DNA of 47,600 bases from the NCBI GenBank assembly GCA_030740155.1, contig JASLXV010000098.1:1-47600 (forward strand). The letters run 5' to 3'. Under the pieces are notes generated by a model. The model had not been told where the DNA came from and ran no database searches. It saw only the letters and a list, made by a program, of their open reading frames with translations. The position numbers and the translations under genes were made by a program. This DNA is from Dehalococcoidia bacterium (GTDB lineage: Bacteria > Chloroflexota > Dehalococcoidia > Lucifugimonadales > UBA3495). Positions 35,820 through 45,061 of this stretch are shown one piece after another (within the stretch, counting starts at the first letter, position 1; the number at the start of each line of letters is the position of its first letter).

Positions 35820-36032
35820 CTATCGGCTGGGCTGCGGGCTTTGGACCTGATTCCACCGCACGGTGACCACCGTCCCGACATCCAACACGACATGGTAACC
35901 CGCTGAGAACTCGTCCGGGTAGTCCATGGTCCGCTGGAACACGGCGCTATCGATGACGCCCTGGCGCCCCTCACAGCTCCCGGTGACGATTACCACGTGG
36001 TCGCCTCGCTTGAATTTGTACCAGTGGCCCAT
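35820..36032 (-). CDS. Small KOW/SH3-like protein
   Basis: FKRGDHVVIVTGSCEGRQGVI KOW motif, YHVVLD.G..V.V; start taken at the internal Met. Confidence 0.6.
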   Translation of the reverse strand: MGHWYKFKRGDHVVIVTGSCEGRQGVIDSAVFQRTMDYPDEFSAGYHVVLDVGTVVTVRWNQVQSPQPSR

Positions 36033-36644
36033 GCCGGGGACGGTAGAGAATTGCCACACGGGCTGGCAATAAATGAGTGTCATCTGGGGAGTATCCAGTG
36101 GGCGCCGGCGGCCAGCCAAGAACAGGCTCGAATCAGGTTCAAGGTCCGGGGCGCGTCAGGCCTTAGCCCGTTGCCCCGGACCCATGATGCAGGGCGTATT
36201 TGGGGAGTTGGGTGGGGTCCCTATCGCTGGAGGCACGGTATCTTCCGGTGGGGCCAACGGTTGAGGGACCGCCACCCACTATGTATTTCATCGCTTTCCG
36301 CGTGCGGGAAACCTCGTCAGATACACCGGGCGCCCACCAACGGCCCACGGCGACGCGGGAGCTAGGGGCCGGTACCGCGGGCGCGGGGCGCACGTGATAG
36401 ACCGGCGCCTGATAGAATGGAATTGGGCGTCCGTCAGGCGGCCGGTATGGACCGTGGTACCGTTCTCCAACGCCTTGGCGATCCAGAGCTTTGATTGGCC
36501 TCCCATCAAAGGGCCGCCGGGATGGGGCAGCGCCCGCGGCAATAACCCTCGACTACCCCATTGGATCCCCGTGGACAGCTTGGGGTTGGCCAAAATGGGA
36601 AATCCCAGCTAATATCGAGAGAGTCGCAACAGAGAGAGGGAAGG

Positions 36645-37541
36645 ATGTTACTGGACGGAAAAGTGGCGGTGGTGACCGGTTCCGGGTCGGGCATGGGGCG
36701 AGCCTTCGCCTTGGCGCTGGCCGAAGCCGGGGCAAAGGTGGTGGTCAACGCCAGGACCGCCAGCGATGTAGCCAGCGCGGTGGAAGACATCAGAAAGGCC
36801 GGCGGCGCCGCCGAAGGGTGCGTGGTCAGCGTGGCGACCATGAAGGGCGCCAGCCAGATTATTCAGACGGCGATCGACCGGTTCGGGCGAATCGATATTC
36901 TGGTGAACAACGCCGGCGTAAGCGTCCGGAGACTCCTGGTCGAGATGACCGAGGAGGACTTCGATGATGTCGTCGCCACCAACCTAAAGGGGATTTTTGC
37001 CTGTGCCAGATACGCGGTTCCCCACATGATAAGGCAAGGGTGGGGCCGGGTCATCAACGTGGCCTCCGGCTCGGTCATCGGCCAAGAAGCGAATACGAGC
37101 TACTCCGCGAGTAAAGGTGGGGTCTTGTCAATGAGCCTGTCCTGGGCCGTGGAGCTGGCCGAGTATGGTATTACGTGCAACGCAATCCGCTCCTCGGCCG
37201 CCACCCGGTTGAATGTGGCCAGAAGAGAGCAGGCTAAACGGGAAGCCCTCGACCGGAACGAGCAACCTCTGACTGATCTGGATTTGGGGTATTTCCAGCC
37301 CGAGGAAGCAGCGCCACTCGTGGTGTTCCTGGCCAGCGAACAGGCGGGTTGGATCAACGGCCAGTTTATCTGTATCGATGGGCCTCGGCTGGCCAATTGC
37401 GAACACACCCACCACGCCAAGACGGCGATCATGCCCGGAGGTTGGACCGTTGACGGGTTGATGGAGCATTTCAAGACCACGGTAGGTATGCCGTTGCAGG
37501 CCTATGGATTCATTGCACCCGACGGCAGAAAGAATATTTAG
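36645..37541 (+). CDS. Short-chain dehydrogenase/reductase (3-hydroxyacyl-CoA dehydrogenase-like)
   Basis: VTGSGSGMG, DILVNNAG, YSASK, PEEAAPLVVFLAS, GGWT. Confidence 0.92.
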   Translation: MLLDGKVAVVTGSGSGMGRAFALALAEAGAKVVVNARTASDVASAVEDIRKAGGAAEGCVVSVATMKGASQIIQTAIDRFGRIDILVNNAGVSVRRLLVEMTEEDFDDVVATNLKGIFACARYAVPHMIRQGWGRVINVASGSVIGQEANTSYSASKGGVLSMSLSWAVELAEYGITCNAIRSSAATRLNVARREQAKREALDRNEQPLTDLDLGYFQPEEAAPLVVFLASEQAGWINGQFICIDGPRLANCEHTHHAKTAIMPGGWTVDGLMEHFKTTVGMPLQAYGFIAPDGRKNI

Positions 37542-37840
37542 CGCGATGCGAGTCATCGATGGTGCAAGAGAAGCGAAACGGCTGAAGGCGGCGGGAACTC
37601 ATGAAGTGAGACTATCGCGGATTCAGAGAGGAGCAGACGCGGGGGTCTGTACCGGGCCCGGCTGAGGGCTGACGGCACCGGGCTCAAGGCCGGCAAAGCT
37701 CCTGCGCCGGAGGGGACGCAGCGTCCCACCGGCTGCTGTTGATCGTTGGATCGCCGGCTAGACTGGATCTAAGGCATCAGTGGCGGACGACCTTCCCGAG
37801 TAACCCCTTTTGACAGAGGGAGAACCAAAGGCGTTTCCCC

Positions 37841-38332
37841 GTGGCAGGCATGACCAATATTAGGTCTAGAAAGCCGTACACGATGTTGGCCCTGGCCGGC
37901 GTCATTGGGCTGCTCGCCGCCTGTTTCGGCACGCCGTCAGTCTCCGAGTATAGAACTTCACTCCGCTGCCTGGACTGCCCAACTTTGCGGGTCCTCCGAG
38001 TCATCGATGGCGACACCTTCGAAAGCTGGAATGGCATGGTCCGGATGTTTGGGATCGATGCCCCGGAGCGAGACGACCGGTGCCACCGCCAGGCCACCAG
38101 CGGCTTGAGGCAGCTGGCCGGCAAGGATGTGAGAGTGGAGCCGGGACCAAGGGAGCGGGACCCCGGTGGAAGGCTCCTGTACTACACTTACACGATCGCC
38201 GGCAACAGCATCGACGAGATACTGGTCCGCGAAGGACTGGCCCGCGCCTGGACCAGGGACGGACAGCACCGCGAGGTTCTGATGGGTTTGGAGCAAGGAG
38301 CACGGAACGCCGGCGCGGGGTGCCTCTGGTAA
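37841..38332 (+). CDS. Thermonuclease (SNase) family lipoprotein
   Basis: LAA-C lipobox, RVIDGDT, VRMFGIDAPE, D..GRLL.Y, LVREGLAR, AR..G.G.LW; start may be 37850 or 37883. Confidence 0.88.
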   Translation: MAGMTNIRSRKPYTMLALAGVIGLLAACFGTPSVSEYRTSLRCLDCPTLRVLRVIDGDTFESWNGMVRMFGIDAPERDDRCHRQATSGLRQLAGKDVRVEPGPRERDPGGRLLYYTYTIAGNSIDEILVREGLARAWTRDGQHREVLMGLEQGARNAGAGCLW

Positions 38333-38832
38333 TGCTCTACCAAGCCGCCGTTTTCCTGCACATTCTTTCCGCCATCACCTGGGTGGGTGGGACGCTGTTC
38401 CTGGTGATCGTGATGGTCCCCTTGTCCCGCCGGGAAACGGTAGCCTCCGGGCGGGGGCTCAACCTACTGAGGCAGGCGGCCCGGAGGTTCGTGCCGGTGG
38501 CGTGGGCGTCGATAGTGGTGCTGGCGGTGACCGGCGTATATCTAGCCTGGGACCACTGGGGCATACGTCCGGGCAACTTTTTCACCTCTGGCGGCCATTT
38601 CATCAGCACCCTTCAGGCCAAGACAGGGCTGGCCGTCCTAGTGATCGGGCTGAGCCTGTTCCACGACTTCCTGTTGGGCCCCCTCGTCGTGGGGCAGCTT
38701 GAGGGCCCGCGCGGCCCCGGAGACCCTCCCGCTCCCACCTGGGGAAGGCGGTTGCTGTTGGTCCTGGCCCGGGTGAACCTGCTCCTGGTCTTGATTATCC
38801 TCTTCCTTGCGGTCAGCTTGACCCGGCCCTAG
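38332..38832 (+). CDS. CopD/DUF4149-like four-TM membrane protein
   Basis: TAATG overlap; FLHILSAITWVGG.LF, RF...AW.....L.VTG, K..L...S..HDF..GP. Confidence 0.8.
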   Translation: MLYQAAVFLHILSAITWVGGTLFLVIVMVPLSRRETVASGRGLNLLRQAARRFVPVAWASIVVLAVTGVYLAWDHWGIRPGNFFTSGGHFISTLQAKTGLAVLVIGLSLFHDFLLGPLVVGQLEGPRGPGDPPAPTWGRRLLLVLARVNLLLVLIILFLAVSLTRP

Positions 38833-38879
38833 GGGCCGCTGAAGCATACCCGTAGTCCTCCGGCTCATTCGACCCGGCG

Positions 38880-40079
38880 CTAAATAGTCCCTGCGTCCTT
38901 CAGTCGATCCACCTCGTCTGGGCCGTAGCCCGCCAGGCCGGTCAGGACATCCAGAGTATGCTCTCCGAGGGTGGGCGCCGAGCCGGCGGGGTTGGCCGCG
39001 GGAGTGGCGCTGAACTTTGCGTTCACCCCCGGCACCTTCATCGCTCCCCAGCGCGGGTCCTCGACGGGAACGATGTACTCGTTGACCAGACACTGGGGTT
39101 CGTCGGCCAAGTCGTCGTAAGAGTAGACCGGGCCGGCGACGACGCTGTGGGCTTGGAAAGCGTCCACCCACTCGTCGCGGGTGCGGGTAGCGAAGATCTT
39201 GGCCAACAACTCCTCCAGCTCTTTGCTCCCCTTGCGTCCGGCCCTGGACTGCCACTGGGGATGGTCCTTCAAATCTTCGCGCCCGATGACCTCGCAGAAG
39301 CGGGCCCAGCTCCCCGCGGACCTCAGGGATATTACGAACCACCCGCCTCGCGAGTCCCGGTGAAAGTACCTGACGGGATCATCGGCGATGAGGCCGTGGG
39401 GGACGGCCCAACGGAACCCGTGCCGCAGTGCCCCGGTGACCCGCCACCTCTGGAGGGAGATCATATTGCCCAGCCCTGACGACTCCACTTTCTGCCCCAA
39501 CCCGGTGCGGTCACGGGCGAGCAGGGCCACGACGATCGAGTGCGAGAAAAGGATGCCTCCTACCGTGTCCCCGAGGTTCATCTGGACCGGCTCGGGGCAA
39601 ACTCCGTCGCTGCCGGCTTGCAGCCACATGATGCCGCTCATGGCCTGGAAAATGCTGTCCATGCCCTTCCAATCCCGCAGGGGGCCCGTGGGACCAAAAG
39701 AGGTGCAGCTTCCATAGACCAGCCGCGGGTTCAGCGGCGAAAGGTCCTCATAGCCCAGGCCCAGCCGGTCCATCACACCGGCGGAAAAGTTCTCGGCCAA
39801 GACATCCACCTTCGGGATCAGGCGGTAAATGACCTCCTTGCCCTCTGGGGTCTTGAGGTCAACGGCGATGCTCTTCTTGCCGCGGTTGTGGGCCTCGTGG
39901 GCGGAATCGAACCCGTCGGGGGCCCGACGGGCCGCCTCGGGGTGGGCCAGATTGTCTTTCCAAGGTGGCTCTACTTTGATGACTTCGGCTCCCAGATCGG
40001 CCAGCATGACGGTGGCCGTGGGCCCCATGTGCTGCTGGGTGAAATCCAACACTCTTATTCCTTCCAGGGGCACGGACAT
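38880..40079 (-). CDS. Family III CoA-transferase, paralog of 3325..4524
   Basis: Same length (399 aa); about 63 differences by hand count (~84% identity). Confidence 0.95.
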   Translation of the reverse strand: MSVPLEGIRVLDFTQQHMGPTATVMLADLGAEVIKVEPPWKDNLAHPEAARRAPDGFDSAHEAHNRGKKSIAVDLKTPEGKEVIYRLIPKVDVLAENFSAGVMDRLGLGYEDLSPLNPRLVYGSCTSFGPTGPLRDWKGMDSIFQAMSGIMWLQAGSDGVCPEPVQMNLGDTVGGILFSHSIVVALLARDRTGLGQKVESSGLGNMISLQRWRVTGALRHGFRWAVPHGLIADDPVRYFHRDSRGGWFVISLRSAGSWARFCEVIGREDLKDHPQWQSRAGRKGSKELEELLAKIFATRTRDEWVDAFQAHSVVAGPVYSYDDLADEPQCLVNEYIVPVEDPRWGAMKVPGVNAKFSATPAANPAGSAPTLGEHTLDVLTGLAGYGPDEVDRLKDAGTI

Positions 40080-40221
40080 GGCGTTGCTTCCTTAACACGA
40101 GATTAGCCGTCTCCGCTCGACAGCCGGTGATCGGGCTCAAAGCCTTGCTAGCCCCATCCTAGCCAGGCCGCCGGCGGGCGTCAACCTATTTCGGTTCCCG
40201 AGGCTGAGTAGGCACGCGACG

Positions 40222-40251
40222 TTGACGCCTTTCGTGTTCAAGGGATAGAAT
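40222..40251 (+). promoter_or_regulatory. sigma70-like promoter of the crotonase
   Basis: TTGACG-N18-TAGAAT; the left copy has TTGGCG...TAGAAT. Confidence 0.5.
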
Positions 40252-40499
40252 CCAGACGCCTCAGCCACACAAGAGAAACGACCACCGGGGAAGAATCGGC
40301 CGGGCAACACCTGCTGAGTTGAGCGACCCCCAGGCCCCGATTGCCCGGGGCGCCGCGCCACCTCGGAACGGCCCGGCGTCTGTCACCCTGAGTCCATCTG
40401 CGGCGGCATCGCGCGCTTGCGGCGAGCCCAGAACGATGTTATGGGGCCTGACAACGCAATCCCTGGAATGCCTGGAATGAACGAAAGGAGAGAACGATC

Positions 40500-41438
40500 A
40501 TGGAAGACTTCACACATATACTTCCCGGAGACAAGCCCTTCTACAAGTACGAGAAAGACCGGAAGGAGAAGTGCGCCTTCCTCACCCTCAACCGCCCGGA
40601 GAAGCGCAACGCCGTGCCCGAATCCGCGGACGAGGAGTTGGTAGCCGCCATCGACGATTGGGAAAACGACGACAACGTAAAATCCGTGATCGTCATCGGG
40701 AACGGGAAACACTTCTGCGGGGGCCATGACCTTGGGGGTTGGGGAGGCCTGGACATGACCTCCGACGCCCCGCGGAGCGAGCGGCGGGACCCCCAGCGGG
40801 TCCAGCTCACCCGGCAAATCGTTGGCCGTCCCCGGACCTTGGGCCGCCTCTTCCTCTCCATGAAACCCACCATCGCCGCCGTTCGGGGGGTGTGTATCGA
40901 AATGGGGAACATGATCCAGTTGTACTGCGACATGACCATCGCCTCGGAGACGGCGCGGATAGGCAACCTGGGGCAGACCATCGGAATCAGCGGGATCACC
41001 ACCGCCCGCCCTTATATCTCGCTCATCGGACAGAAGCGGTACCGGGAGATGGTGACGACGGGCAAGCTGGTATCCGGCAAGGAAGCCGAGCTGTGGGGGC
41101 TGGTCAACCGGGCGGTCCCCGACGACCAGCTTGAAGCAGAGGTGATGGCCACCGTGAGAAGGATCGCCCTTCTCCCCATCGATGGTATCGTCACCGGTAA
41201 AGCGTTCACCGCATTGGTATACAGCGAGATGGGATTGGTCGCCTCTTTCATCGAGGCGGGCTTCGGCCATAGCCTGGGAGCCTTCAAGCTGGCCCATGAG
41301 GAAGACGAGTTCCACTTCTTCAAGACGGCCCGGGAGGAAGGGATATCCGCGGCCATCGGCGCCAGGAACCAGCGGTACCGGGAAGCTCCGATCAGCCGGG
41401 GACTTATCATCGGCGAAGAGGCCGGCATCGGCTTCTAG
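40500..41438 (+). CDS. Crotonase-family protein (intact copy)
   Basis: LTLNRPEKRNA, GNGKHFCGGHDL, KPTIAAVRG, CDMTIAS, G..VSG.EA..WGLVNRAVP. Confidence 0.92.
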   Translation: MEDFTHILPGDKPFYKYEKDRKEKCAFLTLNRPEKRNAVPESADEELVAAIDDWENDDNVKSVIVIGNGKHFCGGHDLGGWGGLDMTSDAPRSERRDPQRVQLTRQIVGRPRTLGRLFLSMKPTIAAVRGVCIEMGNMIQLYCDMTIASETARIGNLGQTIGISGITTARPYISLIGQKRYREMVTTGKLVSGKEAELWGLVNRAVPDDQLEAEVMATVRRIALLPIDGIVTGKAFTALVYSEMGLVASFIEAGFGHSLGAFKLAHEEDEFHFFKTAREEGISAAIGARNQRYREAPISRGLIIGEEAGIGF

Positions 41439-41968
41439 GAAACGAGCAGCGCCGGCCATCGTGCCGGCGCTTTACTTTCCCTCTGCAGCGGTCGCTTGAT
41501 GATCGGCGCGGAGGCAAATGGTGAATTCTCCGTGGTCCTTGCTCCGGTTCAATCCCCAAGGACGTATTCCCCAAACCGGCCACAAGCACGATGCCATAGC
41601 TCGGCAACTTTCCTGCCTGTGGACTTACCTTGTGCGCCATCTGGGAGTTTGCCGGCTGCGGCACGCTCGCACACTTAGCTCATTGGGTTGAATCGCGAAC
41701 CGGCCGGGTTGTGCGATATTCCAGCGCCCCGGCCCTGGTCAACCGGGCTGCCTAAGACCTCATCCCTTAGCCGACTTACACATTCCCGCCCTGGGCAGGG
41801 GGAGCCCAGCCTCCAGGTTGATAAGATCAAAGGATCAGGCGACGGATTACGGCGGCACGGGGCCAAATCCGTTGATCCAGACCCGACGCAAGGCATCATT
41901 CCAAGAGAACACTCCCTCCGGAACTACGCCTCCAAGCCCCGCTCTCGCCAATGTCCGCGGAAAGCGCA

Positions 41969-41997
41969 TTGACACTTCTCCCTCCCGGGGGTAATCT
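41969..41997 (+). promoter_or_regulatory. sigma70-like promoter
   Basis: TTGACA-N17-TAATCT, ~37 bp before ATG 42035. Confidence 0.6.
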
Positions 41998-42034
41998 CTT
42001 GGCAGATTCGGCGGATGACATTTGGGGGGGCTCC

Positions 42035-43342
42035 ATGAATGAGCGCGTTTCCTCGGTCGAGGCGGATACTCCCGAAGTTGACCCGGTGCTGGGATACGTC
42101 CCCGGCACCATTCTGCGCGACGAAGTGGTGGAATACCGGTGCGTGCGAGCGGCCCAAAAGGTGATGCTACACCGGTACCGCAAGTACGGGATCGAAGGGA
42201 TTCACAACCTGATGGGGCTGGTGGACGATGGCACCGTCCCGTCCTTCTTCAAAGGCCCGGCTTACCAGGAACGGTATTTGGGAACCGTGCTGATGGAGGA
42301 GGCGGTAACGGAGGTGGCCCGGCGGCACCTGGGAGGGGACCCGAGCTTCACCTCCCTCGTCTTCAACCGGGTGACGGCGGGCACCATCACCCTGGTCCAG
42401 GCCCTGGTGCCTCCCGGCTCTCTGGTCCCGTACATGGTGCCCAAGTACCCGGGCGTTGGAGGCCACGGTCACCCGTCCGTGCCCCGGGCGGTGGAGCTGG
42501 CCCGCTCCCGCTGGCATCAGGTCATGAGTTCCCAGGAGTTGGAGAACCTGCTGAAGGGCGAAGATCACGTGCCCTTGGTGGTGATCTGCCCTTCGTATCG
42601 TGGCGCCCTTTCCGAAGAGGAGATGCGGTCCGTCTGTGAGGTGTCCCACGCCAGGGGCATCCCGGTCTACGTGGACGACGCCTCGGGGGCCCGCACCCGC
42701 ACGGCCCACTACGGCCAACAGTCGGCGGGGGACCTCGGGGCCGACCTCATTATGACCAGCTGCGAAAAGGCGGCCCTCTTCGGGCCACGGGCCGGCCTCT
42801 TGCTGGGACGGGCCGACCTCATGGAACCCATCGGAGCCAAGATGAACATGATGGGCACCGAGGCCCGCCCCGCGGTGGTGGCGGCCGTGCTGCGGTCGCT
42901 TCAGAAATACACCCCGGAAGAGGGCCACCGGCTCTTCAACGAGTGGGTGGACCGGCACCAGCGTCTCGCGGAGCTGGCCAAACCCTTCCTCGGCGAGAAC
43001 CTCCAGTACGGGGCCTACAACGGCATCTACCTCTCCCTCGACGACTTCATGGACTTGGTGCTGGAGCGGACGGGGATAGAGAAGACGGACCTGGCCCCCG
43101 TGGACCTCAGCGCGGCCTTTTCGATGCTCCTGCTTCGAGGCTTTGGCTTTATGACCGTGCCCATTACCCACTATCCGGGGGCCTCGAAGCTGGTGAGCGT
43201 CAAAGTCCTCGCGCTGCGGCAGGGGGACGGCCTTTCCGATGACGCCATTGTCGGGGCCCTGAGAGATTCCCTGGATGCCCTGGTCCGCACGCGCCTCGAC
43301 CGTGCCGCCATCGAGCGGCTGCTTTTCGGCCCTCCGGAATAA
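42035..43342 (+). CDS. SelA-like fold-I PLP enzyme (MJ0158/UPF0425-type)
   Basis: VFNRVT, HPSVPR, VDDASGAR, GADLIMTSCEK...GPRAGLL.GR, G.EARP. Confidence 0.75.
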   Translation: MNERVSSVEADTPEVDPVLGYVPGTILRDEVVEYRCVRAAQKVMLHRYRKYGIEGIHNLMGLVDDGTVPSFFKGPAYQERYLGTVLMEEAVTEVARRHLGGDPSFTSLVFNRVTAGTITLVQALVPPGSLVPYMVPKYPGVGGHGHPSVPRAVELARSRWHQVMSSQELENLLKGEDHVPLVVICPSYRGALSEEEMRSVCEVSHARGIPVYVDDASGARTRTAHYGQQSAGDLGADLIMTSCEKAALFGPRAGLLLGRADLMEPIGAKMNMMGTEARPAVVAAVLRSLQKYTPEEGHRLFNEWVDRHQRLAELAKPFLGENLQYGAYNGIYLSLDDFMDLVLERTGIEKTDLAPVDLSAAFSMLLLRGFGFMTVPITHYPGASKLVSVKVLALRQGDGLSDDAIVGALRDSLDALVRTRLDRAAIERLLFGPPE

Positions 43343-43450
43343 GGCTCGCGGGTCCGCGGCCTCCGGCGGGAGCACAGTTCGGCTACCCAGAGAGGCGGCG
43401 CTGGCCCTTGGCCCCGGCCGGATGCGGCCCGGTGTGAGAAAATCCGGCCC

Positions 43451-43582
43451 AGAGCCTATCCGATAGCCAACCGCTGTGGTTCGACAGGCTCACCACGAAC
43501 GGGGATAATCCGTTCAATCCGTTCGTCCTGAGCTTGTCGAAGGACCAAGGGTGACCTCCTTCGGGGTTGTTGGATGGGCTGC
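43451..43582. mobile_element. MITE-like element (same family as 11948..12094)
   Basis: AGAGCCTATCCGATAGC ... GTTGTTGGATGGGCTGC imperfect TIR; core GTGGTTCGACAGGCTCACCACGAACGG / CCGTTCGTCCTGAGCTTGTCGAAGGA. Confidence 0.65.
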
Positions 43583-43731
43583 ATGCCGTTCCGGCAAAGA
43601 ACAGTTGGGCTTATTCCAACGCTGAGTCGGGCGCTGGGCTCGCTGAAATTTTGACGCTGCTGGTCCCTCCGCCCGGGCCTTCCGAGGGCTCGGCAGCAGG
43701 AATTGGGATTTCCGGCCAAACCGGCTTGAAG

Positions 43732-43759
43732 ATGGTCCCGGAGGATCCTCCGGGACCAT
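43732..43759. repeat. Perfect 28-bp palindrome
   Basis: ATGGTCCCGGAGGATCCTCCGGGACCAT equals its own reverse complement. Confidence 0.9.
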
Positions 43760-43798
43760 TCGGTGTTCGGGGCTGTCAGCTTGGATAGGGGGTGAACC

Positions 43799-44782
43799 AT
43801 GCGCTTCGGAATAAACATGGGCGGCGGAAACCTGCGGGGAGAGTCCCGGGAGGAGGCCTTGACCGGCCGGCTGGACAAGGCGCGCCTGACTCATCAGATG
43901 GGTTATCACTCCCTGTGGACCGGCGCGGGCTACCTGAACAACGATTTCCACTCGATGATGCTGCTCGCCCGGGTGGCGGCTGAAGCCCCGGGACTGGAGC
44001 TGGGCATGGTGGCCCTGCTGCCCCTGTACCACCCGGTGGAGGCCGCCGAGCAGGTGGCCACCCTGGATGTCATCACCGGCGGCAGGTTTGTCCTGGCCCC
44101 GGCCCTGGGCTGGCGGGACTTCCAGTTCGACGCCTTCGGCATCCCCAAGACCGACCGGCTGGGCCGATTCCGGGAGGTCATGGAGGTCATGAAGATGTTC
44201 TGGACCCAGGATCGGGTGACCCACCACGGCCGCTATTTCGACATAAACGACGTGCCCGGCGCGGGTGGCGCGGTGCAGAAGCCCTACCCGAGAATGTACC
44301 TCGCCGCCAACCTGGAACGGGGGGTGCTCCGGGCCGCGCGCCAGGCCGACGGCTGGCTGATCAGCTCCCGCTCGACCCTCCCCACCATTACCCAGCAGAC
44401 CGGATTATACCGGGACGCCGTCAAGAAAGAGGGGAAGCCGGGCTTCATCTCCGCTTGGCGGGAGATGTTCGTGGCGGAAACCCGCCAGAAGGCGATCGAC
44501 ATCATGCGGCCCCACGTGGAGTGGATGTACAAGGACCGGGCGGCCCTGGGCCATAGCCAGGAACTGCCCGAAGCCGACCGCATCGACGTGCCCTTCGACC
44601 GGATTCTGGAGGGCCGGTTCATCCTCGGCAGCCCCGAGGAGTGCATCGAAGAGATCGAGAAGTACCGGGCGCTGGGCATCGACGAACTGGTGCTGCGCTG
44701 CCAATGGCCCGGAATGCCCAACAAAGACTCCCTGCGGGCGTTGGAGTTGTTCGGCGACAAGGTGCTGCCGCATTACCGGTGA
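43799..44782 (+). CDS. LLM-class (luciferase-like) flavin-dependent oxidoreductase
   Basis: MRFGI, GYHSLW, LLPLYHPVEAAEQVATLDVITGGRFVL...GWR..F, H.GRYF, RAAR.ADGW, GSPEEC, LFGDKVLP. Confidence 0.93.
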   Translation: MRFGINMGGGNLRGESREEALTGRLDKARLTHQMGYHSLWTGAGYLNNDFHSMMLLARVAAEAPGLELGMVALLPLYHPVEAAEQVATLDVITGGRFVLAPALGWRDFQFDAFGIPKTDRLGRFREVMEVMKMFWTQDRVTHHGRYFDINDVPGAGGAVQKPYPRMYLAANLERGVLRAARQADGWLISSRSTLPTITQQTGLYRDAVKKEGKPGFISAWREMFVAETRQKAIDIMRPHVEWMYKDRAALGHSQELPEADRIDVPFDRILEGRFILGSPEECIEEIEKYRALGIDELVLRCQWPGMPNKDSLRALELFGDKVLPHYR

Positions 44783-44865
44783 GCGTGGGAAGATGCCCTG
44801 GTTAGCTGGTGCAGGTACCGAAGACGTGATCTGTAATTGCGCGTCAAGGTTTGAAGGCCGGCGTC

Positions 44866-44890
44866 AGGGCGGGTTGAAACCCGCCCCTAC
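44866..44890 (-). repeat. GTAG-type REP
   Basis: Minus strand GTAGGGGCGGGTTTCAACCCGCCCT. Confidence 0.7.
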
Positions 44891-44996
44891 ATTGCCGCAC
44901 CCCTCCCCTAAGCCCGTGCTCTAGTCGCTGAAAACCGGTGCGGGCATCTTGGCCACCGGCGGCAGTGGCCGATGAGGGCGTAGCGGCGGCCCCGGC

Positions 44997-45024
44997 AAGG
45001 GTGAGGGGTTATCCCCTCACCCTT
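44997..45024. repeat. 12-bp-stem hairpin between convergent genes (REP-like; possible terminator)
   Basis: AAGGGTGAGGGG-TTAT-CCCCTCACCCTT. Confidence 0.6.
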
Positions 45025-45061
45025 CTACCGGAGCCGATCGATTTGCGGCGGTTACGGCGCC

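Noticed and set aside
36288..36593. Possible LLM-oxidoreductase N-terminal remnant
   Set aside because: Only vague resemblance, with no continuing motifs in any frame.
41440..41960. 500-bp intergenic region as ncRNA or small gene
   Set aside because: No recognisable RNA motif or credible ORF by eye; an Rfam search would be needed.
42035..43342. Selenocysteine synthase SelA
   Set aside because: Motifs fit the MJ0158-type subfamily better; no selB/selC/selD adjacent.
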